Source of the DNA: Amoebidium appalachense
Lineage: Eukaryota; Protista; Ichthyosporea
DNA length: 64,000 bases
Reading direction: 5' to 3'
Assembly (NCBI GenBank): GCA_963693365.1
Contig: CAVNZM010000004.1
Location: 6,857,093-6,921,092, forward strand
Shown here: positions 48,188 through 64,000 of the stretch, in pieces
Layout of the letters: every line of letters begins with the position of its first letter
Numbering within the stretch: the stretch's first letter is position 1
The notes under the pieces: model-generated
What the model was told of the DNA's origin: nothing
The model's input: the letters and a program-made list of their open reading frames with translations, nothing else
The model's database searches: none
Program-made: the position numbers and the translations under genes

Positions 48188-50302
48188 GTGACCAGCAATT
48201 ACCCCAGGCTCTCAGGCAGTCGTTTTGAACTTGAACGTGTTGACGTGTCGCAACCCCATGTGATGTTGGTGTCTGTGTTTCATAACTCCGGGCTCGATAG
48301 AATCCCTTTGCAACGCATCATCAAAGACAAAGAAATACATGCTCTCCTGCCGCTTGAAATGCGTAAATTCCGTATCTCTGCTGTGTGGAAATATGTGTCT
48401 ACCCTGGGCTACACCACTATCAACTGCAAACACACCGCACGACTCCCGCAGGACACCATTGCAAACATCCATGCACAACCCTGCCCTTGCAACGACCCGC
48501 ACTATGCGCCATACGTACACCCACAACACGGACACGTGCTTACATCGCGCTTAGACATTCCCGGCCTGCCCGCAGACTTTGCATCACTCATGCATTTTGG
48601 AACCAAGTTCCGAATGCAGGTCGAGCAGACGGAGGACACCACCTGTAGCAATTTATTGACACAGGCGTTGCAAAGTTTCTGTAACAAGATGTACGATCTT
48701 GGTATGGCAGCTTATCCCTCTTTGGATCCGTGGGCAGCCGCCGTCTTTACTAAGTGTCGCCCCTTCCTGCCATATGCACAACACGCACCCAACACACACA
48801 CCGTACCACAAGCTTCTGTGCTTCTACTGCGTCGCTTCCAAAAACGTTTCGTAGTCACCACAATGGATAAAGCTAGCAACACGTTCGTGATCGTCTGCAA
48901 AAAACACTACGTTGTGATCGTCTGCAAAAAACACTACGTTAGCAGCATTACAGCCGAACTGCATGCACCTGCCGCAACATACACCGTCTGCAACACTGCA
49001 CCAAAAGACATTGTTGCACAACACCTTGCATTTCTCAAAACACATGACATAAAAGGCACGCCAGGACGTCGCACTGCACGCTTGCCCACATTTCAGGCCA
49101 TAGTTAAAATGCACAAAACACCACCCACCTTCCGTTTCATTGCCAACTCCTCTGCCACATCACTTGAACCTCTCTCCCGCCTTCTCACTAGTGTGTTTAA
49201 GTTCGTCTCCCCTGATGTCGAACGTATGTGGTGTGATGTTGTCAAACCCCACCTGCCACACAACACTAGCTCTTGGATTCTCACGGATAGCACCGCACTC
49301 ACACACACAATCAACGCCCTTAACCGTACCACACGCCAACACGAAAATACGCCCGTGTCTGTGTTTGATTTTTCCACACTCTACACCAAGATTGACTTGC
49401 ATGATTTGAAAGCTCGCCTCACTACACTGATTGACGCAATATTTGTCAAAAAATGCACGGACGCTCGCAAACCACACATGTTTATTAAGAAAACCGGCTC
49501 CACGTTGTCCTGGGTGGATCGTGTAGATGATGATTCCCAGGGTGATTCCTTTGAGCCTAAAGAACACTCTCTGCATCTCTCTAAGGCACAGCTTGTGGAT
49601 TTTCTATGTTTCCTCGTAGATAACATATATGTTGTGTTTGGCGATACCCTCTACAAACAGGACATTGGTATCCCCATGGGTACAAACTGTGCTGTTTTCT
49701 TGGCTAATTTCTATCTCTTTACTTATGAGTTGGATTTTGTTCGCAAGCTTATTGCACACGAACGCATTGATGTCTTGGTAGATTTTCAGTTTACTCGCCG
49801 CTACATAGATGATTTGATCTCCCTTCATAATCCTCGCATTCTCTCCCACCTCTATTTAGAAGATTGTGATTTCGGTCTATATCCCAAGACCAGCCTTCAA
49901 CTCAACCCTGCCGGTTCCTCCCCCTCTGTCCCCTACCTCGACTTGCATATCACCTGCACTAATCACGGCATTCACACAACCATCTACAACAAGCTCGACA
50001 CACCCACGTTCAATACACTAGACATCGTTCGTTTCCCACATCACGACTCATTCATCTCCCGCACTGCAAAATACGGCATCATGACAAGTCAAATGCATAG
50101 CTACCAGCGCAAATGCTCCACACTTGCTGCATTCACCACATGCACTGCACGACTTGCTAAAACATTGCTTAACAAAGGCTACTCGTTTAGACTCTTGCAC
50201 CACAAAATGCACAGCTTTCTCGCCACACACCCGCACATATACCGTGGCGTTCACTCCTCTCACATACTCTCCATCATCACTAAAAAGATCAACACTCCCT
50301 AG
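48188..50302 (+). mobile_element. Penelope-like retroelement RT ORF (704 aa), Naiad/Chlamys type
   Basis: N-terminal FHNSGLDRIPL...CPC...HGHVLT...GTKFR, the PLE DKA motif (MDKASNTFVIVCK), RT motifs FDFSTLYT, YKQDIGIPMGTNCA, RYIDDL and PYLDL, then a thumb region. There is no C-terminal GIY-YIG domain and no intron. Confidence 0.9.
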
Positions 50303-50637
50303 TCCCCCACTCTATCCCGGTTCCCCCCCCCCCCCCCCCCCCCCCCTACCAGCCCCTACACCTCCCCCCCCCCCCTCCCTCTCTCTCTCCCTCTCCCTCT
50401 CTCTCCCTCCCTCTCTCTATCACTTTCGTTCTCTCTCGTTCTCTCCCTCCCTCTCTCTCTCTCTCCCTCTCCCCCTCTCTCCCCCCCTTCCCCCTCCCCC
50501 CCCCCCCCCCCCTCTCTCTCTCCCCCCGCTCCTTTTCCCAAACAATTCCCCCGCCGTTCTTCTTTCTCAGCCGGCTAGGTTTTTGGGTTGCCTGGTAAGT
50601 TTTGAAATGGAGGTCTCGTCTCTGATCTGTCCACCAC

Positions 50638-50672
<35 letters not shown>

Positions 50673-50781
50673 CCCCTTCTCCCCCCCCCCCCCCCCCCCC
50701 CCCCCTTCCCCTCCTACCTTCTTTCCCCCCCCTTCCCCCCCCCCCCCCCTGGCCAAACCCTGTATACACTCTTCTCATCAG

Positions 50782-51115
50782 CAGGTCTCTAACCCACTCT
50801 GCAGAACGTTTTACGCATTTCTCCCCTCGGAGAACTTGGTCGTTGGTGCGTTTTTGTCTGACATCTAACGACTCTGCAGGGTCCGTTGAGACTACTGACA
50901 CTCTAACATTCCCTCCCCTCTCTTACTTCACCCCCCCCCCCCCCCCCCCCCCCCCCCCCTTCCCCTCCTCCTTCCCCTCCCATTTTCTCTGCACACTCAA
51001 CAGGTCTTAACCAGCTCTGCACATCGTTAGTCACAATCTTCTCACATATATGAGAGAATGATCGTATTGGTACGATTTGTCTAATATCTGACGATTCTGC
51101 AGCATCCCTAAGACC
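50782..51115 (+). ncRNA. Two diverged copies of a ~110-nt structured motif (50782-50892 and 51001-51115)
   Basis: Both start CAGGTCT(C)TAACC..CTCTGCA and end TTTGTCT.A.ATCT.ACGA.TCTGCAG..TCC.T.AGAC, and both have nested stems. The function is unknown. Confidence 0.55.
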
Positions 51116-51143
51116 CCCCTCCCCCCTCCCCTCCCCCCACCTT

Positions 51144-51320
<177 letters not shown>

Positions 51321-51381
51321 GCGCCTGTTGTTTTGCTTGTCATTTGTTGTTCTGGTTGATTACCTGTAATCTTCGCTTATT

Positions 51382-51419
<38 letters not shown>

Positions 51420-51565
51420 GTGCGGGGTTGCACATACCGGTGTCTACTTTTCTTCTTACTGTTTTTCTCTCCACACACTTCATCTGTCCACTTCTGCATA
51501 CCCCCCTTTCATAGCTATAGACACACTTCACACATTGCGTTACGCGCACGCATGCACACACCGCT

Positions 51566-52140
51566 CTGTTGGCGACAGCTCCCTTGGAACCCATGCGGCA
51601 TGTTACCCGCCGGCGTAACATAACTCGGACTATCGGTTTGGCTTTTTTCAAGCCCAAAGCAATGGGTGATACCATATTTCCGGCTGACATCCGGGGGCAT
51701 AGCTTTCCGTTCGAAGACGATAAAGTTCCGCCCTAGTAAGCGTGTTACTACCCTGCGGCGTGGGTCAAATCTCATATTTTCCCCTCTGATTGCGAATTCT
51801 GCGGCCTTCGGGACTTAATTCTTTTCAGCTGGTGTAGTATGTTAGCCAGGGAAGTATCGACTTAGGTATCGACGGGGGAGCTTCCTAGAAGCCCCGTCTC
51901 CTGAGTTCCTATCTATATTTTTCTTGCTTGTGCTTACTGCTGCAACTTTAACCCCCGGCCTTTCCCACTGCCCTTGCCTGCATAAGCAACCCTGCTCGTC
52001 TCTGATCAAGACGGGTGACCTACTCATGTTCAAGTGAAACAGTATCTGAGTTGGGTTTCGTTAACGAGGTGAATAGATCGAAACTCGGGTACTGTGGATG
52101 ACGTGGGCCCCCCCTGAGGATGGGCTCTGCTTATTATGCA
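51566..52140 (+). ncRNA. Putative multi-domain structured RNA of unknown class
   Basis: High-complexity, non-coding segment with about 10 stems found by eye, many containing G-U pairs on the + strand (see findings). Confidence 0.5.
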
Positions 52141-52494
52141 TACTCTTTTATGTATGGCTTGCATTCTGCATCGTGTTATCCGTTTGTTCTTGTGTACTTC
52201 GTACTTTTTGACGCATTCAAACCCCCCCCCCCCCCCCCCCCCCCCCCGCCCGCCTCCCGCCCGCCCGCCCCCCACCCCCGCCAGTTACGTGGTAACGGGA
52301 ATTCAGGCATCAAGTTGATTTTAATTGGCTGGTACACCCAAACATGCTAGAAACCCAACAAATTTTTTAAATGAATGTGTCAGAAACGTGTACGTTTTAT
52401 AATATCTGTTTATCTGCTAACATGACCAATGAGCACGAAACACCCCGTCGAAATCCCATTCACACATCAACCTAAATTGCAAAACTACCCCGCG

Positions 52495-52540
<46 letters not shown>

Positions 52541-54074
52541 ACATGTCTGCCCCATTCTCCATCTTGCCCCTGGCACCCAGGTGTGCTGCACGTTGACCTT
52601 TCTACATCCACCCTCGCTATTTCAAAGTCTCTTCAAGATTGATTGCAATCACTTGAAAGCAGAGACTTAAAATACTATCTGACATGGCTGCACGTTTGCA
52701 TCGCCAGAGTGCACGTGCAATTGGTTGCTACTGCAACTATGCACCCCATATATGGCCAGCACTCCACAAAGTCTGCCACTTACTGAGGCTGTGTCTCCTT
52801 TCTTTTTTCTTTTTTTTTTTTTTTTTACTTAAAAGGGACCGCCTGAGTAGATGTATAACGTCGCACGTGCGGCAACACGTCAGTACGTGTTAGCCACAAA
52901 GTCAGCCGACAATGAAATTGGAAGTTGTCAATGAGGCTGAAGGGGGGGAAAGGCTGGGGAAAGCAAAGGGTATGATTACAAAGTTGCTATCTCAATGACT
53001 CAACTATTAGGAGGAATGGGAAGGGGGGGGGCCGACCTACCCCTTTCGGACCTTTCACAGTAGCTGTGATTCTTCGGGGCCGGGGGGGGAGGGGGGGGGG
53101 GGGGAGGGGGGGGAGGACCTACCAAACGGCTGTGGCACCAAGCAGGTTTAAGCAGATCCGCCCCTCAGTCGTCCCCCCCCCCCCCCCCCCCCCGGCAGGG
53201 GGAGGAGGGTACCCACCTGCCCATCCAGCTTCCCCCCCTTCCTCTCCCCCCCCCCCCCCCCCCTTCCCCTTCTCCCCCCTCTGAATTGAGGAGGGGCTGG
53301 GGGAGTCACGCGCACCGGGGATAATTTCGAGATTTACTGCTACTTTGCCCCCCCCCCCCCCCCCCCCCCCCCCCACCCCACCCCCCCACCCCCAATCATT
53401 TGAAAAATCTGTTGCTGTGGTTCGAACCTCTGCATGTCCCTTGCACAGCACAACGGCCATACCTCTTACACATACAACCCCCCGGCCCCAGGATCTCTCA
53501 CTCATTGATGCTTCCTTTTTGCTCTCTCACTCTGCATATACTACATCAGTGTGGCCGTTTTCCATCCCCCCTCCCCCCCCCTCCCCCCCCCCTTGCCCTC
53601 CCCCCCCGGCCCCGCCTCACCCGCGTGTGCATGTGACAGTCACTCCTATTACGGTTGTCTCCCTCCACCCCTCTCCCGCCGCAAGCGTTCCCCCTTGACT
53701 TCCTCTATGTATTCGGACACTCAAGGATACGCAAGCATATGCATCAGCACTACACCAAGGTGTCGGCAGCAAGAAAACAGTCGCGCGCGTGCGCGCGCGC
53801 GCGCGCGCACACACACACACACACAAACACGCACACACACACACACACACACACGCAGAGAGAGAGAGAGGGAGAGAGGGAGAGAGAGAGAGAGAGGGGG
53901 GGGGAGAGAGAGAGAGAGGGAGAGAGAGAGGGAGAGGGAGAGGGAGAGAGAGAGAGAGAGTGAGTCACCCACACATGTGTACATACACACACTGACACAC
54001 ACACGCGCACACACTAACACACACATGTATCTACATCCAGAACGCACATACGCACATGTATCAACCAGAACCGT

Positions 54075-54105
<31 letters not shown>

Positions 54106-54396
54106 TCTAGGCATGTAATTCGAGGACATTCTGCATTCTCCCACAGGCTGTGACGATGTTTGTATGCACATAGATTTTTATCTACAACATGTGCGCATAC
54201 CCGTGCCGATTACTATTGTCACACTGTCATGTGGCACACACACACACAGCCACTAGTCACCCGTACACTGGGTGACACACCATGATGACACAAACACACG
54301 TGTGCGCACACACCACTCATCATACACGACACACACACTGCACACACAAAATGCAACCTTGCGTAAGGACACACACACACACCCACACACACACAC

Positions 54397-54487
<91 letters not shown>

Positions 54488-54542
54488 GGCTCTCTCTCTC
54501 TCAGGCTCTCTCTCTCTCTCTCTCTTTCTCTCTCCCTCACAA

Positions 54543-54574
<32 letters not shown>

Positions 54575-54650
54575 AGACACACACACAAACACACACACAT
54601 GACACAAACAGTACACACTGACACGGTGACACAAACTTTAATAACAATTG

Positions 54651-55352
54651 AATAGGTAGCACCTATTTTATAGGTGGCACCTATTTAATAGGTGACACCT
54701 ATTTTATAGGTGTCACGTATTTTATGGGTGGCTCCTGTTTTTTAGCTGGCACCTATTTTTTAGGTGGCACCTATTATAGGTGGCACCAATTTTATAGGTG
54801 GCACCTATAATAATAAAAATGTTATAGGGGGAACCTCTTTACTCTAGGTGGCACCTTTTTAATGGGTGGCATCTATTTTTTAGGTGGCACGAATTTTATA
54901 GGTGGCACCTACTTTATAGGTGGCACCTGTTTTTTAGGTGGCACCTATTTTATAGGTGCCACCTATAATAATAACTAGTAAATTAAATCTTAAAAGGTGG
55001 CACCTATTTACTACGGGTGGCACCTATTTAATTTTTAGGTGGCACCTATTTAATAGGTGGCACCTATTTAATATGTGGCGTCTATTCACTAGGTGGCACC
55101 TTTTTAAGGGATAGGTGGCACCTCAGTTTAGTAGGGTGGCACCTATTTTGTAGGTGCCACCTATAATAATAAATTTTTTATAGGTGGGACCTATTTACTG
55201 GGTAGCACCTATTTGATAGGTGCCACCGGTACCTATAATAAGGATTTTATAGGTGGGACCTATTTACTGGGTAGCACCTATTTGATAGGTGGCACCTAAT
55301 TACTAGGTGGCACCTTTTTTTGAGGTAGCACCTATTCAATAGGTGGCACCTA
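54651..55352. repeat. Array of ~35 palindromic units TAGGTG(G)CACCTA with short AT-rich spacers (period mostly ~18 bp)
   Basis: Units counted by eye. A ~45-bp block is duplicated at ~55178 and ~55247. Confidence 0.95.
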
Positions 55353-56394
55353 GTTTTTGGGCGGATAGTATTAATTAATAGGAGTGATAGTCCAATCCCG
55401 AAAATAGATGGAAATTGTTCTGAAAATTTCCATTTCCAGAATTTTCCAGAAATTGCGTGAAACGGGGCATTTTAGAATTTTTCTGGTAATACCCAATAAT
55501 TATGATGAAGAAGGAAATTACCAAAACTTTATCCGGGTAGGGCCGTGTAAGGCGTTTTCCATTAGTTCTTTTTAAATTCCGGAAATTCCTGGAAGTCATG
55601 TGGTTACATGTACTTGTACAATTACATAGCTTGATTCTTCAAACTGAAAAGGTATTTTCTAAGGGTCTTGGTTTTGTGACGTATGACAATATCCACATCC
55701 GCCCGGCCCCCGCCCCCCCCCCCCCCCGGGGGGGGGGGGGGGGGGTAGAACTTCAGTGAAAGGGGTGTGATGTGCATCGTATGGCGTGCCAAGTCAAGGT
55801 CTGGCTACGAGTTGTGTCACACACGGACACACGCAACACACTTGACACACGCACACACTAACACACACACACACACACACACACGCACGCACACACGCAC
55901 ACTAACACACGCGCATGAGCCAGGCACGCACATGTGTACACGCATACAGTCACACCACGCACGCACGCACGCATGCGTGTATGTATATGTGCGCACATCT
56001 ATTAGTGTTAAAAGAGCACGAAAATGTCCCAATCACAAAAGTACAATAGTATGACATTGTGTGTCGGATTTTTCGTGGATTCAAAACATTGTTTTGTTGC
56101 CAAAGTCCTCGTTATATATTTGCATGCATAAAAGCCATGCATTACAAATGTAAAGCTTTCCCGTGATTAATAACAAAGTTTGGCATTTTCATTCGTCCGT
56201 GTTGCTACAGTAGGTCCAAGATTTCATGCCATCATTACATGGGTACTATCGGAGCTCAGTGTGTCTGCCTATTTCAACTACCAAGCTAGACTCTGCAGTC
56301 AAATCTACACGTGTCAAGTAATTGAAGAATATTCGTTTACAAGGAATTTTTTGATGTGTAACAGGGAGGAAGAGAGGAAAGAGGAGGGGGGGGG

Positions 56395-56435
<41 letters not shown>

Positions 56436-56647
56436 CGGCAAGACTACAATCGGAGTGGCTGAAAAATCATAAGCTATTTACATATGCCCACTGGTAGATG
56501 CCACTGCAGTGGGGGTTGAAAAATAAACCGTCCTTGTATATATCACTAGGCGGGATGCCACGGTGTCTAAGGTTTTTTTTTTAAAAAAAACACACGGGCC
56601 ACAGACGTAAACATCGGTGCCTCTGAAATTTCCAATGGATTACTTTC

Positions 56648-63922
<7,275 letters not shown>

Positions 63923-64000
63923 CTGGAAGAGGGGGGTGGTTAGAATGCGCTGGAGTACGAAGTACACACTCATGGCGGGTAACACAACACAGACTTTGCA

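Noticed and set aside
50787-50796. Telomerase-template-like CTAACCC
   Set aside because: It is only 7 nt, is not kept in the second motif copy, and no telomeric repeats are nearby.
52096-52130. SECIS element (ATGAC...hairpin) for a Naiad selenoprotein
   Set aside because: It lacks the apical AA and the 3' GA of the quartet, and the RT ORF has no in-frame TGA.
54651-55352. CRISPR array
   Set aside because: The repeats are only 13 bp, the spacers are 2-20 nt of low-complexity A/T, there are no cas genes and the context is eukaryotic.

Overview
Eukaryotic, intron-rich DNA full of (CA)n/(GT)n microsatellites and poly-G/poly-C tracts. The gene content (tyrosine kinases, SH2, LRR/Cys-rich receptor) points to a unicellular holozoan, most likely a choanoflagellate; this is an inference. 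Most ORFs in the supplied track are repeat artefacts, so the real genes had to be spliced by hand. In order: 3' end of a MARK/PAR-1 kinase (KA1 domain, +); a RING-H2 + SH2 gene (-); a 5'-truncated non-LTR retrotransposon; a complete 13-exon, 436-aa DUF4804/MavL-like macrodomain gene (-) head-to-head with a disabled ankyrin-repeat tyrosine kinase (+) that carries a TIR element at one splice donor; an LRR/Cys-rich receptor tyrosine kinase with a multi-Tyr tail (-); a Naiad-type Penelope-like RT ORF (+) followed by two related ~110-nt structured motifs and a ~580-nt highly structured non-coding segment; a ~35-copy palindromic array; and the 3' part of an SNRK-like kinase (-). Family assignments come from remembered motifs and were not checked by database search.
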